Assembly (NCBI GenBank): GCA_944382715.1
Contig: CALWNC010000001.1
Span: 304,496 to 368,495 of the forward strand
Length of the DNA stretch: 64,000 nucleotides
DNA from: an uncultured Clostridia bacterium
GTDB lineage: Bacteria; Bacillota; Clostridia; Christensenellales; UBA1242
Reading direction: 5' to 3'
Under the pieces are notes generated by a model. That model did not search any database. It saw nothing but the letters and a program-made list of their open reading frames with translations, and was not told where the DNA came from. Positions 10,095 through 20,446 of this stretch are shown here, piece after piece. Every line of letters starts with the position of its first letter. Within the stretch, counting starts at the first letter, position 1. Made by a program: the position numbers and the translations under genes.

Positions 10095-11537
10095 TTAATT
10101 TTCTTGGACATTAATTGTTTTAATAGTTTCCTGCTGATTATTCGAATTATCAATTACAATTTCTTTTTGAGCATTGTCTGAGATAGAGATGTTTTCTTCT
10201 TTTTTATCTTTTGGGCAAACTTTGAAAAGCAAAATAAGTGAAATTAGTAAAAAGAAAAATCTTTCGTCAATATTAGCTTCTTGAATTGAATAAATTGCAA
10301 AAATTATTATAGGTAAGGTTTTGCTAAAAGATATTTTAAGTTTGCCATCACATGATTTTATGTATAGCACAATAAGTCCCAAAAGCATAATTAAACCCAT
10401 AATACCAAATCTAAAAAGCAAGGCAATATAAATGCTGTGTGGCCCAATATCAACAATGTCGGTTGTAAATAGTCCTTCGCCAAATACTATCTTTACTGGT
10501 GAAGAGAAAATTTCATTTAAAAACTTTATCCAAATTGCAACTCTGCCAGTAGTCATATCATCAAGAGAACTTGAACCATTTTCTGGAAGAAGTCTATAGA
10601 TTATAATTGCAATTTGATTTCTGAATATAAAACAACAAACAGCAAGTATCACCACTCCGGCAACTATATATTTTATAGATTTCTTCTTATAATGGGACAC
10701 TAAAAACGCAAGAACATAAAGTAACTCTATAACAAAAATTATAAAGAAAGCTTTTGATAAAGTCAAGAAACCAACAATCATTCCGACAATAAACATAAAA
10801 ATATTTTCAATAAGTTCGCGTTTTGAGCCTGTAGAATTAATTAATTCATAAATGCTATAAGCAATCAAAAACATACAAAAACAAGCAAGATGATTTGGGT
10901 GATAAGAGAAAAGCTCAAGTCTTTTATACTCATCTCCAACGGGCAAAAAGACTTTATCTTTAACGGTTACAAAGCCATAGTCCCAGTTGTCAAAAATAAA
11001 AACTTTAGCAGAACTTACAAAGTATAGAATGAGTGAAAGCAGAGCCGTCACCAAAATTCCAGCACACATTGATTTAAAGAGTTTTCTAATAGAAATTTGG
11101 TCGCGATAACAAAATACAACATAAGCTAGATACATTAGTGCAATGATAAGTAAACCTTGAAACACTCCATACTCATTAATTTTGTAGTGAATGAGTGAAT
11201 AGAGTGCTACAATGAGTGTAGTAGCTAATAAAGGCCATTTGTAAACTTTAACCTTACCCCTTGAAGCTTCAACTATATATTTTATGAAAACAACCAAAAA
11301 TGAGCCAACTGCCATTACAATATAAAATACTATTACACCTGAAAAGAGCATAAAATAAAATGAATAGGCAAAAATGTCCTCAATACTTGAAAATATATAT
11401 GAAATGAGTATGTACACTGAAGCAATGTAAATGGCAGGGTTCCAAAATGTAGATATAAAAAATAACAGCGTAGAAATAACCAAAGTTATTACAAGCTGAT
11501 ATTTTTTATAAAAGTTTGATAATTTTTCAAGTTTCAT
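10095..11537 (-). CDS. O-antigen ligase / Wzy-like polymerase family membrane protein
   Basis: Polytopic; HPNH, TTGRVAIW, FGEG and PHSIY..LL..FG motifs; start moved to the ATG after AGGAG. Confidence 0.75.
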   Translation of the reverse strand: MKLEKLSNFYKKYQLVITLVISTLLFFISTFWNPAIYIASVYILISYIFSSIEDIFAYSFYFMLFSGVIVFYIVMAVGSFLVVFIKYIVEASRGKVKVYKWPLLATTLIVALYSLIHYKINEYGVFQGLLIIALMYLAYVVFCYRDQISIRKLFKSMCAGILVTALLSLILYFVSSAKVFIFDNWDYGFVTVKDKVFLPVGDEYKRLELFSYHPNHLACFCMFLIAYSIYELINSTGSKRELIENIFMFIVGMIVGFLTLSKAFFIIFVIELLYVLAFLVSHYKKKSIKYIVAGVVILAVCCFIFRNQIAIIIYRLLPENGSSSLDDMTTGRVAIWIKFLNEIFSSPVKIVFGEGLFTTDIVDIGPHSIYIALLFRFGIMGLIMLLGLIVLYIKSCDGKLKISFSKTLPIIIFAIYSIQEANIDERFFFLLISLILLFKVCPKDKKEENISISDNAQKEIVIDNSNNQQETIKTINVQEN

Positions 11538-11937
11538 ATCATAAACTCCTAACAGCAAGTCAAATTTTGACACATTTTGTCTAATTTGTACGAAAATATA
11601 TAAATTTCATATAATAGCCTAAAATTATAATAATTATATTTAAATGCATATACAAAATCATAAAACGATTTTTTTAATAAAAAACAGCATTATTTTGCAA
11701 AAAATCAGACTAAATTTTGTGAAAATTGTAATTTTACAAATAAAACCCAACTAATTTTGCAAAAAACATCTTCTCGCATTGTAGTTATAAAATTTTTTAA
11801 CAAAATATCTTATTATATTGATTGCTTTTATATAATAAATCTTTTTATCATTTTTGTCAATCTAAGAAGATATTTTACAATATATCTTGATTTTTTTGTG
11901 AAACTTTTATATACTAACAAGTAGGAGATACGCTAAG

Positions 11938-12846
11938 ATGAAAAAAGAAGCTTTATATAGTGAACTTCAAATAACAAATTCTTTTTACTCTAATTTTGTA
12001 AAAAGATTTTTTGATATTACTATTTCTTTAACTGCAATAATTGTTCTTTCTTTAGTGCTACTTATAACTTATCTATTGACCTTGGTTTTCTTAGGAGCAC
12101 CGGGAATTTATAAACAAGCAAGACCCGGAAAAAATCACAAGGTTTTTTATATATATAAATTTAGGTCGATGACAAATAGAAAAGACAAAAATGGGAACTT
12201 GCTTCCTGACTCGCAGAGAATTACTTGGTTTGGTAAGTTTTTGAGAAAATCTTCACTTGATGAACTCCCTCAATTATTTAATATTTTAAAGGGAGATATG
12301 AGTATTATTGGACCAAGACCTAGACTTGTTAAAGATATGGTCTTTTATGATAAAAATGTTTACGATTATTACGCAGTAAAACCTGGATTAACTGGTCCAA
12401 CTCAAGCATACGGTAGAAATAAAAATACTTGGGAACAAGTTTTTGCAAAAGATATTGAATATGCAAAAAATATTACCTTTAAAAATGACCTAAAAATTTT
12501 CTTTAGAACTTTTACTTCTATTTTTGTAAACAAAGGTGAATCTCACTCAAATGCAGAGGAAGATAAGCAAAACGAAACAAAAACACAAGAATACTATTAC
12601 GCTGACTATCTTCTCAGAACCTGTAAAATTACCAAAGAGCAATATGACCTTGGACTAAAAATTTCTGAAGAAATCATTTCTGGTTCAAAGTTTATTGACT
12701 ACTACCCAGAACTTCATAGTGAAACTCAAAAACCAAACAAGGTAGAGCTTATTACTATTAAGTCAAATGCTATAATGAATATTAACGGAGAAGATAGCAG
12801 AGAAAATGAAAATAGTAACCGTGCAGACAATGTAGAAATTGCATAG
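11938..12846 (+). CDS. bacterial sugar transferase (polyprenyl-phosphate phosphoglycosyltransferase, PglC-like)
   Basis: KRFFD, YKFRSM, LRKSSLDELPQLFNILKGDMSIIGPRP and KPGLTG motifs. Confidence 0.9.
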   Translation: MKKEALYSELQITNSFYSNFVKRFFDITISLTAIIVLSLVLLITYLLTLVFLGAPGIYKQARPGKNHKVFYIYKFRSMTNRKDKNGNLLPDSQRITWFGKFLRKSSLDELPQLFNILKGDMSIIGPRPRLVKDMVFYDKNVYDYYAVKPGLTGPTQAYGRNKNTWEQVFAKDIEYAKNITFKNDLKIFFRTFTSIFVNKGESHSNAEEDKQNETKTQEYYYADYLLRTCKITKEQYDLGLKISEEIISGSKFIDYYPELHSETQKPNKVELITIKSNAIMNINGEDSRENENSNRADNVEIA

Positions 12847-13047
12847 TGAAATGCTTGTATTTTAGTTTAGAGAGTTGCATTGAACACTTTTTTTTAACAC
12901 ATTGATTTTACTCTTGGCGTTCAAACAAATAAACTAGAATAAAAAAATTTTGCCAAAATTTATCTCACAAATTTTAACAAATTAACATAGTATATTATTG
13001 GAGAAGAGAAAACGCATCTTCTCCAATTTTACTTTAAGGAGAAAAAT

Positions 13048-13926
13048 ATGGCAACAAACCTCACTAATCAAGCACATGTTTCATATTCATACGAGGGCTA
13101 TGAGGGAACAAGAAACAGCGATTCAAACATTGTTACTTCAACAAGAAAAAATCAAGTTGACTTCACTGTAGAAAAAACTTCTACTTCTGACTGCTTCAGA
13201 GCTGGTGACAGATTAACATTCTTTGTAAAAATCACAAACACTGGTTGCAGTTGTTTAGGTAAATTTGAAATTTCTGACAATCTTGGTGGAGATGGTGACT
13301 ACTACACCTATGTTGATGGCAGTGCAAGAATTTTTAATGGCTCAATGGAAACCATTACACCAACTTCTACAAATCCATTAGAATTTGAGATTAGCAAAAG
13401 ACTTGAAAGAGATGAAGAATTAGTCTTACAATATTCAGTAGATGTTAGCGAAAGCATTCCTTCTGACATAGACGAAATTACTAACGAAGTTTGCGTAAGA
13501 GGTTGCAGATGTTCTTGTAGCAGTGACGAAGAATCAAGAGGTACTGGAAGCTCTAACTGTGTTACAAAAGAAGCCAGTTTAACTATCACAAAGTGCCAAT
13601 ATGCAGAATTATTAATCACAAAAGAAGTTAGCAATGATACTTTCTGCTGTGATGACGAATTAGATTACTTCATTACTTTGACAAATACTGGAAATATTGA
13701 TGCAACTAATGTTGTTGTAACCGATTATTTACCAGAAGATTTTACTCTTATGGAAATTCACAAAGAAAACAATGGCGTTCACTATCAATATGATTCAAGT
13801 GAATACGATTTAGATGATGCTAATTTCCTTACACTTCCTAATGAAACTGGCGAATCTATTTATGTTCCAGCAATTGGGCCTGGTGTAGACAACACTACTA
13901 GAATTAGAATTCACGGTCATATGTAA
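13048..13926 (+). CDS. DUF11 (conserved repeat domain) protein, Cys-rich
   Basis: Two units of K..S......GD.LT(F/Y).(V/I).(I/L)TNTG......V.D.LP; AAGGAG RBS. Confidence 0.7.
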   Translation: MATNLTNQAHVSYSYEGYEGTRNSDSNIVTSTRKNQVDFTVEKTSTSDCFRAGDRLTFFVKITNTGCSCLGKFEISDNLGGDGDYYTYVDGSARIFNGSMETITPTSTNPLEFEISKRLERDEELVLQYSVDVSESIPSDIDEITNEVCVRGCRCSCSSDEESRGTGSSNCVTKEASLTITKCQYAELLITKEVSNDTFCCDDELDYFITLTNTGNIDATNVVVTDYLPEDFTLMEIHKENNGVHYQYDSSEYDLDDANFLTLPNETGESIYVPAIGPGVDNTTRIRIHGHM

Positions 13927-13930
13927 ACAA

Positions 13931-13960
13931 AAAAATAATCCCCTTTTGGGGATTATTTTT
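13931..13960 (+). terminator. intrinsic terminator after the DUF11 gene
   Basis: AAAAATAATCCCC-TTTT-GGGGATTATTTTT. Confidence 0.8.
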
Positions 13961-13987
13961 TATTCTTACTTTTAGATAAAATTTTAT

Positions 13988-14059
13988 TAAAAGATAAAAC
14001 ATATACATTAATAAAAGATAAAAAATATACATTAATAAAAGATAAAAAATATACATTAA
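13988..14059. repeat. 24-bp tandem repeat x3
   Basis: TAAAAGATAAAA(C/A)ATATACATTAA, three adjacent copies. Confidence 0.85.
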
Positions 14060-14306
14060 GCAAATAAAATTTAAACATCAAATCTTAATTTACGAATATT
14101 TCAATGCAAGCAAACTTAATTGCAAAAATCAAAACTTACATTACCTTAAATTTAAAGTAAAAATTTACAAATAAATTTTTTAATTAAAAATACTTTTTAA
14201 TTTTACTTTTTATAGACTTTTTAAATTATAATAGCGAACTTTTTATTTCTCGTGTAATTTTTTTAAATTACTTGTATATTTTATTGGTTATGTTTATAAT
14301 ATTTTT

Positions 14307-15593
14307 ATGAAATTTACAATTACGGAAAACAAATCTAAAAAGTTAAATTATGCCAATATGTTTGATAAATACTTTTATGTATTTTATTTTCTTATTCTTG
14401 CTACTATTATCTTTTGTTGTTTTTATAATCTTGGAAAAGCACCAATTACGGACTGGGACGAAGCAAGGCACGGAGTTAATGCCTATGAAATGCTTAAATA
14501 CAATAATTTTATTGCCAATTTTTACAATGGTGAAATTGACTACTGGAACCTAAAACCCCCAATCAGTTATTATTTTATAATACTGGGATTCAAAATTTTT
14601 GGCTATAACGCATTTGGACTTAGATTTTATTCTGCTCTTTCATATATTTTAACTGCGATTATTGTTTCAATATTTATAAAACGAAAATTTGATAAAAAAG
14701 CTAGTTTACTTTTCCTTGTAATTTTGCTTTCATTTTGCAATCTATTTATATCACACTGCGTTAGAAGAGGTGATGCTGATGCACTATTTTTACTTTTTTA
14801 TTCTATCTCTTTTATTTCTCTAATAAAAACCGAAGACAATCCAAACTGGATATATTTGACAGGTTTAATGTTTAGTCTTTGCTTTTTAACAAAAAGCTGG
14901 CACTCACTAATTCTAATTCCTACTGTATTTTTTTACTTGATTTTTACAAAGGGATTTAAACGACTTGGATTTAAACGAATTACTTTATTTTTTATCGTTT
15001 CCGTTGCGCCAATTTTTATTTGGGCAGTAGCAAGATATCAATTTGATGGATTTGAATTCATTAAACAAATGATTAAATATGATTTACTTTCAAGGTCTTC
15101 GACTGTTATTGAAGAACATTATGGTGGAATTTTATACTATGTAATATATCTTCTAAGCAGTGAAAGTGTAGTTTATTGTTTGATACCTATTATTGCAATT
15201 AATATCTTAAAACTTATTAATAAAGAAAAATTTTCATATTTTGACATAGGAACAATATCTGCTTTTTTATCTGTCTTTATCCTATATACTATTTCTAAAA
15301 CAAAACTTTATTGGTATATTTTTCCTTGTTTTATTTTAATTGCAATCTATGGCTCAATTCAAATAGTTAAACTTAGTAAAAAACTTAAAAGTTATAGTTT
15401 TATTATAATATTCTTAATTTGTGCTTCTTGTCTTTCCACTTTTAACTATGTTTTTTCTGTCACTAGTAATGATAAAACTCAAAACTTTATTAATAGTATT
15501 ACAAATGTGTCTAGCATTGACCTTTACATTGAAACCGAAACCACAAATGGCTGGAGCCAACAAAAGAGCTTGCACTTGACGCTAACTGTCTGA
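14307..15593 (+). CDS. ArnT/PMT-like GT-C glycosyltransferase (C-terminus probably frameshifted; continues to 15763 in the -1 frame)
   Basis: WDEARHG, KPP, RFYSA and FLTK motifs; polytopic membrane protein. Confidence 0.8.
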   Translation: MKFTITENKSKKLNYANMFDKYFYVFYFLILATIIFCCFYNLGKAPITDWDEARHGVNAYEMLKYNNFIANFYNGEIDYWNLKPPISYYFIILGFKIFGYNAFGLRFYSALSYILTAIIVSIFIKRKFDKKASLLFLVILLSFCNLFISHCVRRGDADALFLLFYSISFISLIKTEDNPNWIYLTGLMFSLCFLTKSWHSLILIPTVFFYLIFTKGFKRLGFKRITLFFIVSVAPIFIWAVARYQFDGFEFIKQMIKYDLLSRSSTVIEEHYGGILYYVIYLLSSESVVYCLIPIIAINILKLINKEKFSYFDIGTISAFLSVFILYTISKTKLYWYIFPCFILIAIYGSIQIVKLSKKLKSYSFIIIFLICASCLSTFNYVFSVTSNDKTQNFINSITNVSSIDLYIETETTNGWSQQKSLHLTLTV

Positions 15594-15826
15594 GTGGTGG
15601 AATTAATGGGTTTTTATCAAATGAAAACTCATATATTATAGTTGATACAAATAAGTTACAGCTTTTAGACGAAAATTCAATTCAAATAATATACTTCTCT
15701 GACAATTTATTTCTTTGCAAAAACACTTCCCTACAAAGTGGAAGTGTTTTTTATTTCAAATAACTTTCATTTTTAAAACTTTCAGCATCTATTTTATTTC
15801 AATTAACCTAATAAGCACAATTTATT

Positions 15827-17533
15827 CTATCTCTTATCAGAATTCTTTTCCAATCCACATGCATAGCTTTCACCAATTTGCTCCTTGCAACATTTTACCA
15901 AGCTATAATACCGATAACCTCCTGCAAAATTATAAGCGTCAAATCCATTTTGCATTAAAATTCTGGTAGCAATATAACTTCGTAACCCCGACTGACACAT
16001 AACATAAATTCTTTTGTTTTTATCTAGACTATCCAAATTATTTCTCAAATCATCTAGTGGTATATTTTTAAATCCCTGTATAGAACCTCTATTATACTCT
16101 TGTTTAGTTCTCGCATCAATTAGAGTCGCACCTTTATCATTTAAAAGATTTTCAATATCTTCGATATAAAATTGTTTCACTTTCCCAGTAACTAAATTTT
16201 CTATTATAAAACCTGCCATATTAACGGGATCTTTTGCCGAAGAATATGGAGGAGCGTAGGCAAGATCCAAGTCTTTAAGTTCGCTTGCCTTCATGTTGTT
16301 AAACATTGCCGTAGCAATAACATCTATTCTCTTATCAACTCCATCTTCCCCAACAATTTGTGCACCTAAAAGTTTTTCAGTAGATTTTTCAAAAAGCACC
16401 TTCATTGTCATTGTGCTTGCACCCGGATAATATGTTGCATGGTTTGACGGCGAAAGAATAACTTTTGAGTAGTCTACATTCATTGTTTTTAACTGTCTTT
16501 CATTTAAACCAACCATTCCAACAGTAAGTGAAAAAAGTTTCAATACAGAAGTACCTAGACTACCTTTATACTTACTTTTTATGCCACAAATATTGTCGCC
16601 TGCAATTCTTCCCTGTTTATTTGCTGGTCCAGCAAGTGATATAACCGCTTTATTGCCCGTAATTATATGTTTAATTTCAACGGCGTCACCCACAGCATAT
16701 ATATTCTTCTGTGATGTCTGCATATTTTCATTAACAACAATGCTTTCTTTTATTCCAAGTTCTAAACCTGCCTCTTTTGCTAAGGTAGTTTCTGGCATAA
16801 CTCCAATACATAAAATTGCAATTTGTGACTCTATTTTATAATTACTGTCAAGTACTGTTATAATTCCATTATCTGACTTTAAGAATTCTACAACATTTCC
16901 GTTTAAAATTAAATTTGCACCATTTTTCTTGATTTCTGTATGCAAGAAACTTGCCATGTCATAATCAATTGGGCTAAGCACGTGGTCATCTTTTTGTATC
17001 ATCGTTACTTTTATTTTTTGTTGTACTAAATTTTCAAGCATTTCAAGTCCAATAAAACCACCACCTATTATTGTTGCAGTTTTTACATTTTTTTCTTTTA
17101 TATAGTCATAAATTCTAAAAGTATCTTCGACTGTTCGGAGAGTAAAGATAAATTTACTATCTACTCCCAAAATATTCGGTATGACTGCCTTTGCACCGGG
17201 CGAAAGCAAGAGTTTATCGTAAAATTTCTCAAATATTTCACCAGTTTCTAGGTTTTTTACCATCACACTATTATTTTCTTTATGAACTTTTAACACTTCG
17301 TGATTAACAAAAACATTTATGTTAAATCTTTTTTTAAAACTTTCAGCTGTTTGAAGCGTAAGTTCTTTTTTGTCCGTAATCTCCCCGCCAATATAATATG
17401 GTAGCCCACAATTTGCATAAGAAATATATCCAGTTCTCTCAAATATTGTTATCTTAGCATTTTCATCTAATCTTCTTATTCTTGCGGCTGCAGTAGCTCC
17501 ACCTGCAACACCTCCAACAATTACTATCTCCAT
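15827..17533 (-). CDS. CoA-disulfide reductase-rhodanese fusion (FAD-dependent pyridine nucleotide-disulfide oxidoreductase)
   Basis: GGVAGG, SYANCGLPY, GGGFIGLE, YAPPYS, C-terminal rhodanese CQSGLRS. Confidence 0.9.
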   Translation of the reverse strand: MEIVIVGGVAGGATAAARIRRLDENAKITIFERTGYISYANCGLPYYIGGEITDKKELTLQTAESFKKRFNINVFVNHEVLKVHKENNSVMVKNLETGEIFEKFYDKLLLSPGAKAVIPNILGVDSKFIFTLRTVEDTFRIYDYIKEKNVKTATIIGGGFIGLEMLENLVQQKIKVTMIQKDDHVLSPIDYDMASFLHTEIKKNGANLILNGNVVEFLKSDNGIITVLDSNYKIESQIAILCIGVMPETTLAKEAGLELGIKESIVVNENMQTSQKNIYAVGDAVEIKHIITGNKAVISLAGPANKQGRIAGDNICGIKSKYKGSLGTSVLKLFSLTVGMVGLNERQLKTMNVDYSKVILSPSNHATYYPGASTMTMKVLFEKSTEKLLGAQIVGEDGVDKRIDVIATAMFNNMKASELKDLDLAYAPPYSSAKDPVNMAGFIIENLVTGKVKQFYIEDIENLLNDKGATLIDARTKQEYNRGSIQGFKNIPLDDLRNNLDSLDKNKRIYVMCQSGLRSYIATRILMQNGFDAYNFAGGYRYYSLVKCCKEQIGESYACGLEKNSDKR

Positions 17534-17536
17534 ATT

Positions 17537-17854
17537 TTATTTCTCAATTTCTCCTTTATAAGAAGAAATACCTCCAATATTATTAACCTTTTCAAAGCCA
17601 AGACTTACAAGTTTTTGAGTTGCCTCAAGGCTTCTAACTCCACTGTAACAGTATAAATAAAGTGGTGTATGTTTGTCACTCACCATATTTTTGACTTTAT
17701 CAATTTCGTCAAGTGGTACATTTTTACTGAGTGGAATATGTCCCTCATCATATTCTTCACGCGTCCTAACATCTAATAAAACTGCGTTTTTTGTATCTTT
17801 AAATTCTTGATATCCTCTATTAATATCTGAACTAGAAAAATTAAACATAAGCAT
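17537..17854 (-). CDS. rhodanese-like domain protein
   Basis: LLDVRT.EEY..GHIP, CYSGVRS, GGI. Confidence 0.88.
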   Translation of the reverse strand: MLMFNFSSSDINRGYQEFKDTKNAVLLDVRTREEYDEGHIPLSKNVPLDEIDKVKNMVSDKHTPLYLYCYSGVRSLEATQKLVSLGFEKVNNIGGISSYKGEIEK

Positions 17855-18067
17855 AACCTCTCTTGATAATAAGTTTTCTATAAAAAAATTATACTAAATG
17901 CACTTTTTTTTGTAAAATAAAAAATCAAGACAATTTTGTGTATTTTTGTTGACAAATAATTTAAGTTTAAAAAATAAATAAAAATAAAAAATATTTAAAT
18001 TAAAATTTTTGATTTAAATACTTTTTTTTATATTTATTTTAAGTTAATTTTGTAAATTTTGCGTTTT

Positions 18068-18397
18068 TTACGATATCTTTAAAACATACTTGATTTTTGG
18101 CAAATTTCTTCCTATTTCAAAAGCTCCAGCCTGCGATATAATGTTTTTAAATCTATACTGACTTTCGTCCAATTCAAAAATAGCCCCCTTAACTCCACTT
18201 TGCTTTAACTCATTTAAAAGAAAGTTAAACAGAGCTTTCCCATAACCATTTGACTGATACTTCTCATAAACATAAATTTCTATTGGATTGACTTCTCTAC
18301 TATAAATATATCCGTAGCCAATATCCGTGTCTTGCTCTTTTAAAACATATTTAACAGAGTTTTCTTTGTCTGAGTTTCTTGATTTTAAAAGTTCCAT
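18068..18397 (-). CDS. GNAT-family acetyltransferase-like protein
   Basis: Acetyl-CoA motif A: V.EKYQSNGYGKAL; strong RBS inside the end of the upstream gene. Confidence 0.7.
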   Translation of the reverse strand: MELLKSRNSDKENSVKYVLKEQDTDIGYGYIYSREVNPIEIYVYEKYQSNGYGKALFNFLLNELKQSGVKGAIFELDESQYRFKNIISQAGAFEIGRNLPKIKYVLKIS

Positions 18398-19236
18398 TCA
18401 CTTCCCCCTTTCTCAATTTGCTTTAAGCTGTAATCATAAAATGCTTTAAAACTATCAAAGTTTTCATATGCTGTTTTGATTTTATCGTTAAACTGACCCC
18501 TTTCTTTTCTTGAAGCAGTTTTTAAAAATTGTTTCATCTTTTTGTTTACCATTTCAATCAACTGGTCATTTGTTAGTATAATTTTTTCGTCTGAATTTTG
18601 AAAATTAATTAAATTAACTTTATCCGTAAGTTGCCAATCTTTATTATAATGGCTTTCAAGTTTTAAATTTTGGTCTAACAAACTGAGCATAAAAGCTGAG
18701 TAGGTTTTAACAAAATCAACTTCAGAAACATTTGAGTTAAAGGAATATTTTTCTCTCAATTTCTTTATTGAAGCCGTATCGTGAGGATTTAGCTTAGATA
18801 ATTCATTTAAGTAATGCATTTTTATTACATGAAATCTATGCATACCATTATTTCCAATTATATATTTGCCACTATCAACTTCAATTAGGCAAATTGGTTC
18901 TTTTTTAAAACTGTATTCCAATTGCTTTATAACTTCACCTTGAGGGATATCAAGCATAGATACCGACCTACTATGATAGCTGTCACCATTCTTGTCAAAA
19001 AAACCAGAAAGATTGTTAATTATACTTCCTCCTTCAAGACTTCTCCAACCATAATCATAGCCTACTACATCAGCTATTGAAATTTTTTTATTTTCCTTTT
19101 TTAGTTTAAAAAATGAAAACCTTGAAATTATTGCATTTACATCTTTATCATTTTTAATTTGACTTTCTTCTAATAAATTAAATTTCTCAATGTCAACATT
19201 CATTGTTTCTAAAAATTTTTGTACTGTTTCGTTCAT
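18385..19236 (-). CDS. hypothetical protein with a ParB/sulfiredoxin-like motif
   Basis: PICLIEV...YII.NNGMHRF resembles the ParB/Srx G.HR motif; TTGACA-17-TATTAT promoter 6 nt upstream of the ATG. Confidence 0.6.
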   Translation of the reverse strand: MNETVQKFLETMNVDIEKFNLLEESQIKNDKDVNAIISRFSFFKLKKENKKISIADVVGYDYGWRSLEGGSIINNLSGFFDKNGDSYHSRSVSMLDIPQGEVIKQLEYSFKKEPICLIEVDSGKYIIGNNGMHRFHVIKMHYLNELSKLNPHDTASIKKLREKYSFNSNVSEVDFVKTYSAFMLSLLDQNLKLESHYNKDWQLTDKVNLINFQNSDEKIILTNDQLIEMVNKKMKQFLKTASRKERGQFNDKIKTAYENFDSFKAFYDYSLKQIEKGGSEWNF

Positions 19237-19538
19237 ACTAAAATAATACTATCTATCATAAAATTTGTCAAGATAATGGTTTTATATCGCTTTTAATCAA
19301 ATAACCATGAATTGAATACAAAAATAGAAACACAAAAATAATAAAATTATAATTTAAGTCCCTTAAAATTATGTCTTATTAATATTTTAAGTTTAAGTTT
19401 TAAATCACACTAAACATTATGTTTAGCAAATAAATTAAGATTAAATACTAAGATTTTTATATAATTAGAATTAATTTTTCTTATTTCGTCGTTTTATACA
19501 AAAAGAAAAACCCCAACCAAACTAGTTGAGGTTTGCTT

Positions 19539-19613
19539 TGGTGATCCCAAGCAGATTCGAACTGCTGACTTCACCGTGAAAGGGTGATGTCTTAACCGCT
19601 TGACGATGGGACC
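19539..19613 (-). tRNA. tRNA-Glu (TTC)
   Basis: GGTCCCATCGTCAAGCGGTTAAGACATCACCCTTTCACGGTGAAGTCAGCAGTTCGAATCTGCTTGGGATCACCA folds as a cloverleaf with encoded CCA. Confidence 0.95.
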
Positions 19614-19621
19614 ATTATTAT

Positions 19622-19698
19622 TGGTAGCGGCAATAAGATTTGAACTTATGACCTGCCGGGTATGAACCGATTGCTCTAGCCAACTGAGCTATGCCGCC
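19622..19698 (-). tRNA. tRNA-Met (CAT, elongator type)
   Basis: GGCGGCATAGCTCAGTTGGCTAGAGCAATCGGTTCATACCCGGCAGGTCATAAGTTCAAATCTTATTGCCGCTACCA; G1-C72 pair and no GGG/CCC initiator stem. Confidence 0.9.
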
Positions 19699-20446
19699 AT
19701 ACTTGCTCTCGCTTAACGATAATAATATAATATAGATTTCGTTTTTTGTCAACATTATTTTTAAAAATTTTAATTTTTTTTTACTACATAAATTTATAAA
19801 ACATTTTAAATTTTATATAAAATTAATTTATTTATATTTGTTTTATATTTATAATTTTTTAGCTATGATAAATATTATTACCTATACTATTATCTATAAC
19901 TATTCTAAAAATATTTTATATTAATTTTACCACTAAAACTATCTTTACCTTAATAAAGTTAAAAATTTTTTATTTTAATTCATATAAACAAACATTTATA
20001 AATATTTTAGAAAGTAAAGCAAATGTTGTGAAATGTATATTTGAAATGTATGTCCGTATAAGTTTAATAAGTGTTTTAGTATTGTTAATTAAAAATCAGA
20101 TTAGATAAACCATTTTGAAGCCAAAAAATAAGAAAACAAAAATAAATTTACAAAAAATAGAAAAATTCTTTTTTAATTAGTCTTAAAAATGTTTTAATAA
20201 AATTTCTTATTTTTTTGATTTTTACTAATTGAAGATTTCTCTACTGTTTAGCTTACATAAAACAGTATAAATTCCTTAACTATATATATAACCATATAAA
20301 AATTTAAAAGCTTTAAAAAAACATTTCTTTTTACAACAAAATTTGTCTTAATTAAATTAATTATTTAAAGTTTTTTTTTATAAAAAAAAGCACTTTTGAA
20401 TATAAAAGTAAAATTTTCTATTCAAAAGCACCAATTTAATTTTAGA

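Noticed and set aside
19240-20440. Integrated element at the tRNA pair
   Set aside because: No integrase and no duplicated tRNA 3' end seen in the window
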